From the NCBI GenBank assembly GCA_029775855.1, contig JARVJZ010000002.1, forward strand, positions 64,001 to 128,000: a stretch of 64,000 bases of DNA, written 5' to 3'. Position numbers and translations under genes: made by a program. The stretch comes from Nitrososphaeria archaeon. GTDB lineage: Archaea; Thermoproteota; Nitrososphaeria; Nitrososphaerales; JAAOZN01. Under the pieces are notes generated by a model. That model worked only from the letters and a program-made list of their open reading frames with translations, had not been told where the DNA came from and made no database searches. Within the stretch, counting starts at the first letter, position 1. Every line of letters begins with the position of its first letter. Shown here piece after piece: positions 26,056 to 36,601 of this stretch.

Positions 26056-27663
26056 GTGCCAAAGTATATCTTTGTAACAGGTGGAGTGATGTCAGGGTTA
26101 GGTAAAGGAGTCACAGCAGCCTCTGTAGCCAAGCTTCTAAAACTTTCGGGGTTAAAGGTTACGTGCATCAAGATAGATCCGTATCTTAATGTAGATGCTG
26201 GCACGATGAACCCAATCATACATGGTGAAGTTTTCGTAACAGATGACGGCGGCGAAACAGATATGGACATAGGAACATACGAACGATTTCTAGATCAAAA
26301 CCTCAGTAAGCACCATAATATAACGACAGGTCAGATATACAAGGCTGTGATAGAGGCTGAGAGGAGAGGAGACTACCTAGGCAAATGTGTGCAGATAATA
26401 CCACATGTAACAGATGAGATTAAAAAAAGGATAAAGCAGGTAGTTGAAAGCGACGGCGCTGAGATAGGTGTAGTAGAGTGTGGAGGAACAGTAGGAGACA
26501 TCGAAAGCCTACCATTCTTGGAGGCTATGAGGCAGATGAGACTTGAACTCGGCCCCTTAAACTCACTCTTCTTACACGTCACACTAGCGCCTGAGTTAGA
26601 GGCGGTAAAGGAGCAGAAGACTAAACCTACACAGCATAGCGTTCAAGAGCTGAGAAGGATAGGAATACAGCCAGATATAATTGTTGTTCGTAGCAAGAGG
26701 CCTTTAGCGCAGCAAGCAAGAGAGAAGATATCGTTATTCACTAGTGTGCCGCTTGAGGCTGTCATATCAAATCCAGATGTTGAATCTATTTACGATGTGC
26801 CTGAGGTGCTTGAGAAACAAGGGATGACTAGAGTTATCGCAAGCAGACTTAACCTAAAGATAGAGCGTAGCGATTTGAGTGAATGGATAGAGGTGGCTGA
26901 ATCGTTCAAGAAGGCTAAGAGAATGGTGAATATTGCCATGGTGGGGAAGTATGTGAGCTTAGCAGACAGCTATGTGAGCGTAAACCAAGCCCTACTACAC
27001 TCAGGCGCCAAGTTAGGTGCATCCGTCAACATAGATTGGGTAGACTCAGAACTTATCGAAAAGAGCGAGCAAGCACTTAACAATCTTAGATCCTATAATG
27101 GTATACTTATACCGGGTGGATTTGGGAAGAGGGGAGTTGAGGGGAAGATAAAGGCTGCTGGCTATGCTATCAGAGAGGGTATTCCTTATCTAGGTATATG
27201 CTTAGGTTTTCAAGTGGCAGCCATAGCAATAGCGCGCTACCTTTGTGGATTGGAGAAGGCTAATTCAACAGAATTTGACCCAGACGCAGAGCACGCTGTG
27301 ATAGACCTACTGCCTGAACAGAAGGGTGTTAAGGAAATTGGTGCTACTATGAGGTTAGGTGGGCACGATATAATGTTAAAGGAGAAGACTCTATCTTTCA
27401 AGCTGTATGGTAAGAAGATCATTAGAGAAAGGCATAGACACAGATATGAGATCAATCAACGATATAAGCCTCTATTTGAGGAGAAGAATGTAATCTTTTC
27501 TGGGTATAGCGACGAAGGTAAGAGGATTGAGATACTTGAAATAGCGAACCACCCTTTCTTTCTAGCAACACAATTCCACGCTGAGTTCACTAGTAGACCG
27601 GGCGCTCCAAACCCTGTATACTTGGGTTTCATTAAAGCTTGTATCGAAAATCCCCACAATTAG
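26056..27663 (+). CDS. pyrG: CTP synthase
   Basis: GGVMSGLGKG, KTKPTQ, GICLG and TQFHAEF motifs. Confidence 0.97.
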   Translation: MPKYIFVTGGVMSGLGKGVTAASVAKLLKLSGLKVTCIKIDPYLNVDAGTMNPIIHGEVFVTDDGGETDMDIGTYERFLDQNLSKHHNITTGQIYKAVIEAERRGDYLGKCVQIIPHVTDEIKKRIKQVVESDGAEIGVVECGGTVGDIESLPFLEAMRQMRLELGPLNSLFLHVTLAPELEAVKEQKTKPTQHSVQELRRIGIQPDIIVVRSKRPLAQQAREKISLFTSVPLEAVISNPDVESIYDVPEVLEKQGMTRVIASRLNLKIERSDLSEWIEVAESFKKAKRMVNIAMVGKYVSLADSYVSVNQALLHSGAKLGASVNIDWVDSELIEKSEQALNNLRSYNGILIPGGFGKRGVEGKIKAAGYAIREGIPYLGICLGFQVAAIAIARYLCGLEKANSTEFDPDAEHAVIDLLPEQKGVKEIGATMRLGGHDIMLKEKTLSFKLYGKKIIRERHRHRYEINQRYKPLFEEKNVIFSGYSDEGKRIEILEIANHPFFLATQFHAEFTSRPGAPNPVYLGFIKACIENPHN

Positions 27664-27722
27664 GTGCACCTTTAGCGCTTCAAATACTGTTATAAACAAC
27701 CTTTTAACAAGCATCTTATAGG

Positions 27723-28709
27723 ATGAGTATAGAAGAACTTAGCCTTGACACATTAGATGGTATAGGGCCTGTGACTAAGCAGAAGCTAGAGAACGCTGGC
27801 ATATATACCGTGCTCGATCTTGCTATCCGCGGACCGAGTGAGATAGCCGAAGCTATAGGTGTAGACCTTAAGAAGGCTATTGAGTTCAACAGTAGCGCTA
27901 GGCTGAGGCTTATGGAGCTGGGGCTGCTTGAGAAAGAGTTTATCCCAGCTAGTGAAATCTATAAAAAGAGGCAGAACATCGAGAGAATAACCACTGGCTC
28001 CAAGAATTTAGACGAGCTTCTTGATGGAGGTATAGAAACACAAGCAGTAACAGAATTCTATGGTGAATTTGGTAGCGGCAAAACTCAGCTCTGCCACACA
28101 CTATGCGTAACCGTTCAGTTGAGCAGAGATAAAGGAGGGCTCGAGGCTGGCGCTATATATATTGACACCGAAAACACATTTAGGCCTGAGAGAGTATTTC
28201 AGATCGCAGAAGCGCGTGGGTTAGAGCCCTTAAAGACGCTTGATAACATCATAGTTGCAAAGGCATACAACAGCTCACATCAAGAACTTATAGTCTCTGA
28301 GATAGGCTCTGTGGTTGATAAGATGCCCATAAAGCTAGTTGTTGTAGATTCAGCGGTCGCACATTATAGAGCTGAGTTTCTCGGCAGAGGAACTTTAGCT
28401 GAGAGGCAACAGAGGTTAAACAGATTCATGCATCTACTTCTAAGGACAGCTGAAGCAAGAAACCTAGCGGTTGTAGTTACGAATCAAGTCCAAGCTGCGC
28501 CGGATGTTTTTTTCGGTGACCCAAGTAAGCCTACAGGGGGGCATGTGGTAGCTCATACCAGCACCTATAGGATTTACCTTAAGAAGGCGGGTAAGAATCG
28601 AATCGCTAGGATTATAGACAGCCCCTATCATCCTGAGCGTGAAACCGTCTTCGTGTTAAATGAGAAGGGTGTAGACGATCCAGAGGAGACAACTTCGAAA
28701 AAGCGGTAG
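27723..28709 (+). CDS. radA: DNA repair and recombination protein RadA
   Basis: N-terminal HhH, GEFGSGKT, YIDTENTFRPER; no intein. Confidence 0.97.
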   Translation: MSIEELSLDTLDGIGPVTKQKLENAGIYTVLDLAIRGPSEIAEAIGVDLKKAIEFNSSARLRLMELGLLEKEFIPASEIYKKRQNIERITTGSKNLDELLDGGIETQAVTEFYGEFGSGKTQLCHTLCVTVQLSRDKGGLEAGAIYIDTENTFRPERVFQIAEARGLEPLKTLDNIIVAKAYNSSHQELIVSEIGSVVDKMPIKLVVVDSAVAHYRAEFLGRGTLAERQQRLNRFMHLLLRTAEARNLAVVVTNQVQAAPDVFFGDPSKPTGGHVVAHTSTYRIYLKKAGKNRIARIIDSPYHPERETVFVLNEKGVDDPEETTSKKR

Positions 28710-28754
28710 GACAACTTTATAACACCACGGCTGACCACGGTATGTAGAAGACCT

Positions 28755-31409
28755 TTGAAGAAGACCCTACTACTCATAATAATATTAGCTTCATCTATTC
28801 TTGCTCAATATGACTTAGCTTCAGCTTCAACTGCGCCTCTTAAGGAAGACCTGAAGATCTTTGTGACTAAGGATTCGGTGGTAGTAAGTGCAGCGTTGAG
28901 CGGAGAAGACTTAAGCCTAAGAGAATTAGATAACCTACCTCTAGAAGGCGTTAACAGCTATAGGTTAATAGCGTCGCATGTAGCGGAGTGGCTTCCAGAA
29001 TTCTATATACTTGGCGACGAAGGATACAAAGCGCTGCCTATAAACCCAGTTCCAAAAGAAGGGTTGAACCTCGTAGTCGAGGCTGAAGGCAAAAGGCAAG
29101 CTGACTCAGCAGCCCAAGCCCTAGGGAAGACTTTGAAGGCAGCTTTTATACCGATAGGCGCAGAAGGCTCCAAATACACATACTATTCACACATTGACTT
29201 CAAATTTACTAGTAAAATGCTCTTAGATGCTCTACCAGAGTTAAAAGACGGCTTTACCAACCTTCTAAAGTCGATCTTTGATAAGAAGAACCTACAGATT
29301 ATAGTGTTAGATGTTCAGAGGTCTCAGACAAGCTTCTCTAAGCATCTAACGCTCCTTTACGCTGAATCTAAAGGGTTAACGCCTACTTTCGACTTTGACT
29401 CTGTTTTACCCCTCTTCTCTAATACCACAGCTTCTAAAGATGTTGCTGAGACTGTAGTTGAAGTTGTGTTTGCTGATGCACTTATATCTAAGGACAACTC
29501 TTTAAGGTCTGCTACTGTGGTGAACTTCCCAGAAAACATTTCTTCGAAGGTTTCGTTTAAGTTGGCTGGTGGTGAGAAACCTCTTTTATCTAAGATTGAT
29601 CTAATATACTGCCCTCCTTTACTCAAGGTTGAAAGGCTAGTAGATAGTGGGGTAGTGGAGGCTGTTGAGGGCAAGGATACGGTCGAAGTTACCATTAAAA
29701 TTCAGAATGTTGCCCCAGTAGGGAGCGGGGCTGCGGAAGGCTTAAGTTTAAATGAAAGATGGTGGGTGGAGAAGTTCGATTTAGTCAGCGGCAAGACAAC
29801 TCTAACCAACCTTACACTCAAAGCCGGTGAAAAAGAAGAGCTGCGCTATGTCATAAAAGTAAAGGAAAAAACACCCTCAGAGTTCCTAGTAGAGGGGAAA
29901 GAAACACCAATAACCTACACTTACAGACTCGGCAGCGAAGTCTTCAACGGTAGAGCATACCCCAACGACATAAGGCTAATCTTAAACAAGCCACGCCCCA
30001 CACTTATTGCAACCTTAGAGGCACAAGAACCTACACCTCTTAAACCATCAAACACTTTGATTCTGAAGGTCGGCAACTTAGGTGCTAGAAGCGCTGAAAA
30101 CATATCTGTTAGAGTAGAGAATATTAGCGTTGCACATAACCCTATTCTTAAGCCGCTTGAAAACTGGAAGGTCGAAGTCCTTGTTGAACCACAGCATCTA
30201 ACGCAGCCTCTCCGTGAAGTTAAAGTCTTGGTGCAATGGGTTGATGAGGAGGGTGAAAAACAAACCTACACGAATACTGTTTCTGTTTTGTTCAGCCGCT
30301 CTACAATTGGAGCGCCAAAACTGAATCTAATGCAGTCAGCAAGCATCTCTCCAGACAAATCTGGCTTCACTTTAAAAAGTGTTGTAGCCGTAAAAGTCAC
30401 TTCAGTTAATGGAACCACACTTAGACTCACAACAAATCTACCAGAAGGCTTCGAACTCACAGGAGGAGACTTTACCCAAAAAGCTGGAAGTATTGAGGTT
30501 GTGTCTTTAGTCAGTAAAGGCGAGATTCAGCAAAACTTCAGCTACACTTTAAGAGCGAGCGAATACATCAACTTTGTTCAACCACCCATACTAGGTGAGG
30601 TAGATTGGGGCGGTTTTAAACTCAAATCCGCCTCAAACTCTTACACCTACGCTGAAGGGGTTAGAGTTTCTTTTAACATCTCTAAGACTGTAGGGTTCAG
30701 AGGGTCAACATCTAACATAAAGGCTTCAATAGTAAACCTAGGACCCTTTCCGGTTTACAACATTAAGATTAGATCCTTAAACTATTCTTATGCTGAATCT
30801 TCTTTCATAGAGAAGGCTGATGAAGTGTTGGATGTAGGGCAGACGCTTGAACTTGAATTTAACATACGCTATGCTGCCGAGGGAGCATATGACTATCTAC
30901 CGATTGGAGGTAGTTTCATCTTCTCAACACAAAACCATTCGTTAAAGGTAGCGCCAATAAAGATATCGGTAGAGAAGCCTATAAGTTTGAGTCTGCAAGC
31001 CCCAAGAAGCCTTGTCGAAAAGCAAGAAAACGCTCTTACCTTAGTAGTTTCTAACCCCTCTTCATTAACGGTCAGCGATATCCATATCAGTTTAGCGTTT
31101 TCGGGTGTTGAGACACCACAAACACCTATTGAGTTAAAGATCTCTGAGCTTAAAGCTGGCGAGATAGTAAATAGAGAGGTTCGATTCACGCCTTCATCTG
31201 TCTTCTCCTTAAAGATCTTACCGACACTAAAATTCAGCTTTGATGGTGAAACACTTTTAGGAGAATCTTATGAGACCAAATTATCTGTTAATGAAAATAT
31301 GGAGATTAGATACGCTCTACCCATTGCTTTAAGTGTAGCGCTAGTCATCGCCACAGCATACATTTCACGCAGAGTTTCAAGAGAAAAACCACTAGATAAG
31401 GGTGAATAG
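28755..31409 (+). CDS. large secreted, C-terminally anchored surface protein with repeated Ig-like (CARDB/S-layer-type) domains
   Basis: Signal peptide, repeated V.NLG...A.NI.V / L..GE strands, C-terminal TM with a basic tail. Confidence 0.7.
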   Translation: MKKTLLLIIILASSILAQYDLASASTAPLKEDLKIFVTKDSVVVSAALSGEDLSLRELDNLPLEGVNSYRLIASHVAEWLPEFYILGDEGYKALPINPVPKEGLNLVVEAEGKRQADSAAQALGKTLKAAFIPIGAEGSKYTYYSHIDFKFTSKMLLDALPELKDGFTNLLKSIFDKKNLQIIVLDVQRSQTSFSKHLTLLYAESKGLTPTFDFDSVLPLFSNTTASKDVAETVVEVVFADALISKDNSLRSATVVNFPENISSKVSFKLAGGEKPLLSKIDLIYCPPLLKVERLVDSGVVEAVEGKDTVEVTIKIQNVAPVGSGAAEGLSLNERWWVEKFDLVSGKTTLTNLTLKAGEKEELRYVIKVKEKTPSEFLVEGKETPITYTYRLGSEVFNGRAYPNDIRLILNKPRPTLIATLEAQEPTPLKPSNTLILKVGNLGARSAENISVRVENISVAHNPILKPLENWKVEVLVEPQHLTQPLREVKVLVQWVDEEGEKQTYTNTVSVLFSRSTIGAPKLNLMQSASISPDKSGFTLKSVVAVKVTSVNGTTLRLTTNLPEGFELTGGDFTQKAGSIEVVSLVSKGEIQQNFSYTLRASEYINFVQPPILGEVDWGGFKLKSASNSYTYAEGVRVSFNISKTVGFRGSTSNIKASIVNLGPFPVYNIKIRSLNYSYAESSFIEKADEVLDVGQTLELEFNIRYAAEGAYDYLPIGGSFIFSTQNHSLKVAPIKISVEKPISLSLQAPRSLVEKQENALTLVVSNPSSLTVSDIHISLAFSGVETPQTPIELKISELKAGEIVNREVRFTPSSVFSLKILPTLKFSFDGETLLGESYETKLSVNENMEIRYALPIALSVALVIATAYISRRVSREKPLDKGE

Positions 31410-32214
31410 AATGATATATGAAGATGTGATAGTAGACGCCCTTGAACACGCTAAAATAAAGTTCAAAGAGAGCAAACCTATGGAAAACATATCAAGAATC
31501 GTTGGTGAAGGTGCTTCTGGAGACAGCACGCTATTGCTTGATAAGATTGTTGAAGAAGAAATACTTACATTTTTAAATGAAAAAATTGGAAGATGCCTTA
31601 TAGTCTCAGAGGAAGCTGGTGTAGTAGGAGAGCAGTCCTCAGAGTTAACGGTGCTGGTAGACCCTGTTGACGGAAGCACAAATGCTAGCCGCGGAATACC
31701 TCTCTTCTCATCAAGCATAGCAATAGCAAAAGGTAGAAGGTTCTCTGACATAGAAGCAGCTGGAACCATAGACCTCGTCAGCGGAGAACTGATAACAGCG
31801 ACGAGAGGTAGAGGGTGTAGAGTAGATGGAAGAGAAGCACACCCCTCAAGGACAGATGATTTAAGAAGCGCAGTAGTTTCACTAAGCCTAAGAGTCAAAG
31901 GAGAATACCGGAACGACCCAAATATTTTGGTCAACCTAATCAATAACATAAGACACCCAAGAATACTCGGCACAGCAGCCTTAGAGACGGCTTACGTCGC
32001 GATAGGTAGAGTCGATGGTTTTGTTGAGCCTTACCCTAGACTAAGGACTTACGACTGCCTACCTTCACTATTTTTAGTAAAAGAAGCCAAAGGCACATAT
32101 AAGATGCTTCAGCGGAGCCTACAGGACATTGACCTTAGAACAAAAGAGACGATAGGCTACGCGGCAGCTGGATGTGGCAGCTTGTTAGAAAAGCTTTTGA
32201 AGCTACTCGCTTAA
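31402..32214 (+). CDS. inositol monophosphatase/FBPase family protein
   Basis: SEEAG and VDPVDGSTNA motifs. Confidence 0.88.
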   Translation: MNRMIYEDVIVDALEHAKIKFKESKPMENISRIVGEGASGDSTLLLDKIVEEEILTFLNEKIGRCLIVSEEAGVVGEQSSELTVLVDPVDGSTNASRGIPLFSSSIAIAKGRRFSDIEAAGTIDLVSGELITATRGRGCRVDGREAHPSRTDDLRSAVVSLSLRVKGEYRNDPNILVNLINNIRHPRILGTAALETAYVAIGRVDGFVEPYPRLRTYDCLPSLFLVKEAKGTYKMLQRSLQDIDLRTKETIGYAAAGCGSLLEKLLKLLA

Positions 32215-32253
32215 AAAGCTAAATAAACGGATATTTAGATGGTATATTGAGCC

Positions 32254-32676
32254 TTGCTTGAGGAAAAGTCTGCTGGCGCAATAATCATCTACAAATCCGA
32301 TAACAATGTTGAATACCTTATACTACACTACCCAGCAGGCCACTGGGACTTCCCGAAAGGGAACATTGAAAAAGGTGAAAGCGATTTTGATGCCGCAATA
32401 AGAGAAATCACGGAAGAAACAGGTTTAACCGATCTGAAATTTATTAACGGCTTTAAGAAGACGATACAGTATTACTATAAGAAGGGTGACCAGCTGGTTA
32501 AGAAGAGTGTAACATTTTATCTAGCTGAAGCCAACACTAAAGATATCAAACTATCTTTTGAGCATCAAGGCTATATTTGGCTTCCTATAGATGAAGCATT
32601 GGCAAAGGTTACTTATCAAAATGCTAAGAATGTTCTAAAAGAAGCTCATCGATTCTTAACTCAAAAAATTCAATAG
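32254..32676 (+). CDS. NUDIX hydrolase (Ap4A hydrolase-like)
   Basis: Nudix box GNIEKGESDFDAAIREITEETG; LSFEH. Confidence 0.9.
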   Translation: MLEEKSAGAIIIYKSDNNVEYLILHYPAGHWDFPKGNIEKGESDFDAAIREITEETGLTDLKFINGFKKTIQYYYKKGDQLVKKSVTFYLAEANTKDIKLSFEHQGYIWLPIDEALAKVTYQNAKNVLKEAHRFLTQKIQ

Positions 32677-32678
32677 GT

Positions 32679-33437
32679 TTAGTGTTCTAACCAAGTCTCT
32701 TCCCTAAGCCTTCGAGCCTCAGTGAGCATAGTGGGTGAGTCAAGAATAGCGCGACCAACTATTAAATAGGTTGCACCAGCCTTAAGAGCTTCTAAAGCTG
32801 AGCCTCCTTGCTTACCAACGCCGGGAGAGAATATTGGCAGTGTGTTGTGTGTCAACTTGGCTACTTCTCTTATGATCTTTGGTTTGGTAGCGCCAACAAT
32901 TAGACCATCTGCGCCCCACTTGATCGCCCTTTCAGCAAAGAGTGTGTAGAGAGGCTTCATGGAGCTGGGTGTTTTTAATCTAAGCCCATAGCCTTCTGAA
33001 GCGCCTTTGTGGCTCATGTATGTAAGAAAGATTACACCCATCCGCACTTTATGGGCTTCATCTATAGTCTGCTGTAAAGCATCTCTGTAACCTACTATTG
33101 GGTTAACTATAAGAGCATCAAACTGTGCTTGCTGCAAAACTTTAAGCACAGCTAAGTTAGTTGATGATATATCGTTGAGCTTGAGGTCTGCTATCGTCTG
33201 TAACCCCTTCTTATGCGCATCTTTGACTATACACATTATATCTTTTAAGGCAAGGGGTAAAAGAAGATGGTAGTTTATCTTCAGAGCAGCGAACTCGTCT
33301 CCAACCAGACCTATAACCTTTAATGCTGAATCAAGAAGTGTTTGATCCTCAACACTTAGATCAAGAGCCAACACCAGCCTACTCTTGTGTGAAAGGGAAG
33401 CCTCAGCTAGGCGCTCCTTAAAGCTCAAGCTGTTCAA
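32679..33437 (-). CDS. pyrF: orotidine-5'-phosphate decarboxylase
   Basis: DLKLNDI, SPGVGKQGG and IVGR motifs. Confidence 0.92.
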   Translation of the reverse strand: MNSLSFKERLAEASLSHKSRLVLALDLSVEDQTLLDSALKVIGLVGDEFAALKINYHLLLPLALKDIMCIVKDAHKKGLQTIADLKLNDISSTNLAVLKVLQQAQFDALIVNPIVGYRDALQQTIDEAHKVRMGVIFLTYMSHKGASEGYGLRLKTPSSMKPLYTLFAERAIKWGADGLIVGATKPKIIREVAKLTHNTLPIFSPGVGKQGGSALEALKAGATYLIVGRAILDSPTMLTEARRLREETWLEH

Positions 33438-34110
33438 CCTTCGACACCAGAGGGTGAGGAGCCTTTAGTCTGATAACTTTAAGATATACATACCCATGCT
33501 CTTCAATCTTATCTGTAAAGGAAACCTCAGATGCCTTAGTGGAATACCTTATGAAGCTGCCATTCGGCTCCTTCTCCAATCGGCAGTAGAAGAAGATAGA
33601 AGATTCATCAGAATCATCTAAACGGGCGAATATACCAGCAACCCAACCTCCATCAGATTTGAATGCAAAGATGGGCATAGGAGCTTCCTCAAACAACAAC
33701 CTATAAGCACTAATCTTGGCTAAACTTACCAGATCTACTACTTCTATCGAAGAGAGCTTCCTAATACCCTTAACCTCACCAGCGAGTCCAAATGTGCTAG
33801 GTATGTTCTTTACAGCAACAATTGGTGCATAGAGTAAGAATGTTGGCGAGTTGGAGATGCGTACATCTTCTAAGCCTGCTGAATTACGATATTCGAGAAA
33901 ATGACCAAACTTATCTGACTTAACATAGTAGAATATAGGGTTGCCAAAATATGTGTCCAAATGAACAGCCAACTTCACTTCATCCTTAGAATTAAAGGCG
34001 AAGACAAGCATAGGCGCTCGCTCAAGCGCACAACATAGCCGACCTAACTCTTTGATGCCAAGCAGCTCTACGAATATAGGTGAACCTAACTTCTTCTTTG
34101 AGCCCATCAC
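33418..34110 (-). CDS. hypothetical protein with two internally similar halves
   Basis: 230-aa ORF coupled to pyrF; APMLVFAF/APMPIFAF and IFYYVK/IFFYCR recur. Confidence 0.7.
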   Translation of the reverse strand: MMGSKKKLGSPIFVELLGIKELGRLCCALERAPMLVFAFNSKDEVKLAVHLDTYFGNPIFYYVKSDKFGHFLEYRNSAGLEDVRISNSPTFLLYAPIVAVKNIPSTFGLAGEVKGIRKLSSIEVVDLVSLAKISAYRLLFEEAPMPIFAFKSDGGWVAGIFARLDDSDESSIFFYCRLEKEPNGSFIRYSTKASEVSFTDKIEEHGYVYLKVIRLKAPHPLVSKVEQLEL

Positions 34111-34177
34111 CTAAACTTTCTATGGCGGATTAAATAGGTTTTTACATAACTTATTATCTAACCTCTTCAGAAAGACG

Positions 34178-34918
34178 ATGGATGTAAAGATTGGGTGTTG
34201 CGGTTTAGCTGGACTAACCCTATCTAAGTATGCAGAGAGGTTTAATGTTATTGAGCTTCAATCAACCTTCTATAAGCTCCCCTTACCTGAGACTGCTTTA
34301 AGATGGAGGAGAAGCGTCTCTGAGCGATTTGAATTCACTATGAAGGCTTTCCAAGGTATCACACACCCTATATCAAGCCCAACTTGGCGAAGAGCGGGCA
34401 GCCAAAAACCGACGATAAAGCAAGAATATTATGGGCATCTACAGCCTAGCAGCGAAACCTTGGAATGCTGGCGTAAAACGCTACAGATCTATTCACTACT
34501 CAAAGCAACATTCTGCGTCATCAACCTCCCACCATCATTCAACAAGACTGATGAGAATGTAAAGAGAATTTTAAACTTCTTCAAAGAAAAAAGCGCCAAC
34601 ATAGGCGTCGAATTTAGGCACCCAAGCTGGATTAAAGAAAGCCAAGAAACCGCAGAAGTCCTTAAAAAAATCAATGCTGTGCATATCGTGGACCCCTTCA
34701 AATCAAAGCCGCTTATAGAAAGCAGCATACAATACTTCAGACTACACGGATTAGGCTCAAGACCATACATCTACACATATAGTGATGACGATCTAATAAA
34801 GCTGAGAAAGATAGTGCAGGAGCAAGACGCAGAAAGGGTCTATGTCATGTTCAATAACACATCTATGCGCGATGATGCCTATCGCTTTATCAAATTGTTA
34901 CAGAGAGGAGAAATTTAA
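34178..34918 (+). CDS. DUF72 family protein
   Basis: ELQSTFY, EFRHPSW, YFRLHG and YVMFNN motifs. Confidence 0.88.
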   Translation: MDVKIGCCGLAGLTLSKYAERFNVIELQSTFYKLPLPETALRWRRSVSERFEFTMKAFQGITHPISSPTWRRAGSQKPTIKQEYYGHLQPSSETLECWRKTLQIYSLLKATFCVINLPPSFNKTDENVKRILNFFKEKSANIGVEFRHPSWIKESQETAEVLKKINAVHIVDPFKSKPLIESSIQYFRLHGLGSRPYIYTYSDDDLIKLRKIVQEQDAERVYVMFNNTSMRDDAYRFIKLLQRGEI

Positions 34919-34920
34919 AG

Positions 34921-35274
34921 TTGGATAATGCTAGAGAGAGAAGATTGACAAACGCGAAAATTGAAATTCAATCAGCCTATACCATACTAGAACAGATCCA
35001 AACCTCAAGTAAATCGTTTGATGAATACAAACTGGATCTCTGGAAGGCAAGAAGTAGGCTCGAACTGGCTATATTGTTGATAAAGCTTGCTGCGAACATT
35101 GACCACGAAGACAGAAGACGACTATTCATCTTAAGAGATGAACCTCATACACTACTCAACAAAGCTAAGGAGATGTTATGTGAAGCTTTAAACAACTTTC
35201 AAAACATCAACACAACTTTAGAGAAGGTGAGGAGGGTGAGAGACCTCCTTCTGCTTCTTGAGACCAGCGTGTAA
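34921..35274 (+). CDS. hypothetical helical protein
   Basis: 117-aa ORF directly after DUF72. Confidence 0.55.
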   Translation: MDNARERRLTNAKIEIQSAYTILEQIQTSSKSFDEYKLDLWKARSRLELAILLIKLAANIDHEDRRRLFILRDEPHTLLNKAKEMLCEALNNFQNINTTLEKVRRVRDLLLLLETSV

Positions 35275-35276
35275 AC

Positions 35277-35552
35277 TTAACCCTCTTCTTTTATCTTTAT
35301 AAAATTCAACTCACCGCTCTTAATTAAAACGCGATACTTCTTCCTTAAGCCTTCTATGTGTAAAAACCTCTTTAGATAGACCTTCAGTCTTCTAGCGTTG
35401 AGCTTTTCATTATCGCTTCTGCTAACAACTAAAGTATCTCCCTGCACTGAAACATCTACACCAACACGCTCTTTAAGGAAGTTGGCAAGATTTTGCGCGA
35501 GATCCTTAAGTTCGTTCAATTTGACTGTAACTGAATCGCCAACTTTACTCAA
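35277..35552 (-). CDS. ribosomal protein eL22 (L22e)-like
   Basis: LANFLKERV and RRLKVYLKRFLHIEGLRKKYRVL resemble the eL22 motifs FLxERIKV and KRYLKYLTKKYLKKxxLRDWLRVV. Confidence 0.6.
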   Translation of the reverse strand: MSKVGDSVTVKLNELKDLAQNLANFLKERVGVDVSVQGDTLVVSRSDNEKLNARRLKVYLKRFLHIEGLRKKYRVLIKSGELNFIKIKEEG

Positions 35553-35554
35553 TT

Positions 35555-36565
35555 CTACACTTCACCTCTTCTATCTATCATATCCTCGACGCTAGGTCCT
35601 GTGCCTATAAGTGTTACCCTTACTCCAGTCGCAGCTTCAACCTTCTCCACGAACATTTTAGCTTCTGTAGATAGATCTTGGAAGCGTTTAACATTTGCGT
35701 CATCTTTGAATAGCACATCAAGCTTTGTCAAGGCGATCTGTGTTGCGCTATTGAGTAGACACGCTCTTTTAGCCAGCTTAAAGTTGAAAGGCGCTGCTCT
35801 CCTCATCCTTCCAGTTACTGTGCCGAATTCACTCCAACCCAGTTTAACCACTTCTTCAGCCGGCAACTCATTTTCAAGAGGACCTTCGCCCACTCTAGTC
35901 AGATAGGATTTCAACACAACTATGACTTCACCTACTCTAAGAGGACCTATGCCAACATCAGCACACACCGCTGAAGCGGTTGTGTCTTTTGATGTCACAT
36001 AGGGGTAAGTTCCGTGATATAGTGATAGGAAGGTGCCTTGAGTCCCTTCGATTAAAACACGCTTGCCCAAATCTAAGGCATTATTTACCTCTCCTGCCAC
36101 ATCGGTTAAGAATTCTTGTAGAGTGGGTATCTCTTTTGCAACCTTACCTTTTCTTAGAACCCTGTCAGCGTTTGCTGGACCTGTGCCTGTGCCCGTTGTT
36201 CCAATCTTCTCTTTTAGATGTCCCATTCTGTCCCGCTGAATATGCTCTTCTTCAATAACCCCAGTCTGATAATCGATACCTATCCTTGACCTAACATCTG
36301 TCAACTTGATCTCTTCAAGTAAAAGTTGGGGGTTAACTAACACACCTGACCCTATTAGAAGTCTGGTTTGAGGGTTCGTAAAGGCGCTGGGCACTAACCT
36401 AACTTTATAAGTCTTACCTGAGGAGACTACCGTGTGTCCAGCGTTTGGTCCAACACCTCCTCTTACAGCCACATCTATTTTATCTTTTATGGCTAAGTAG
36501 GAGATTACTTTCCCTTTGCCTTCGTCTCCAAACGCTCCTCCAACCACTAAAACGGCTTTTGACAT
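35555..36565 (-). CDS. purA: adenylosuccinate synthetase (short archaeal type)
   Basis: GDEGKGK, GPNAGHT, EGTQG and GTVTGR motifs. Confidence 0.96.
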   Translation of the reverse strand: MSKAVLVVGGAFGDEGKGKVISYLAIKDKIDVAVRGGVGPNAGHTVVSSGKTYKVRLVPSAFTNPQTRLLIGSGVLVNPQLLLEEIKLTDVRSRIGIDYQTGVIEEEHIQRDRMGHLKEKIGTTGTGTGPANADRVLRKGKVAKEIPTLQEFLTDVAGEVNNALDLGKRVLIEGTQGTFLSLYHGTYPYVTSKDTTASAVCADVGIGPLRVGEVIVVLKSYLTRVGEGPLENELPAEEVVKLGWSEFGTVTGRMRRAAPFNFKLAKRACLLNSATQIALTKLDVLFKDDANVKRFQDLSTEAKMFVEKVEAATGVRVTLIGTGPSVEDMIDRRGEV

Positions 36566-36601
36566 ATCTTACCCTCCGCAAGTTAACCTTAATTAAAGTG
36601 A

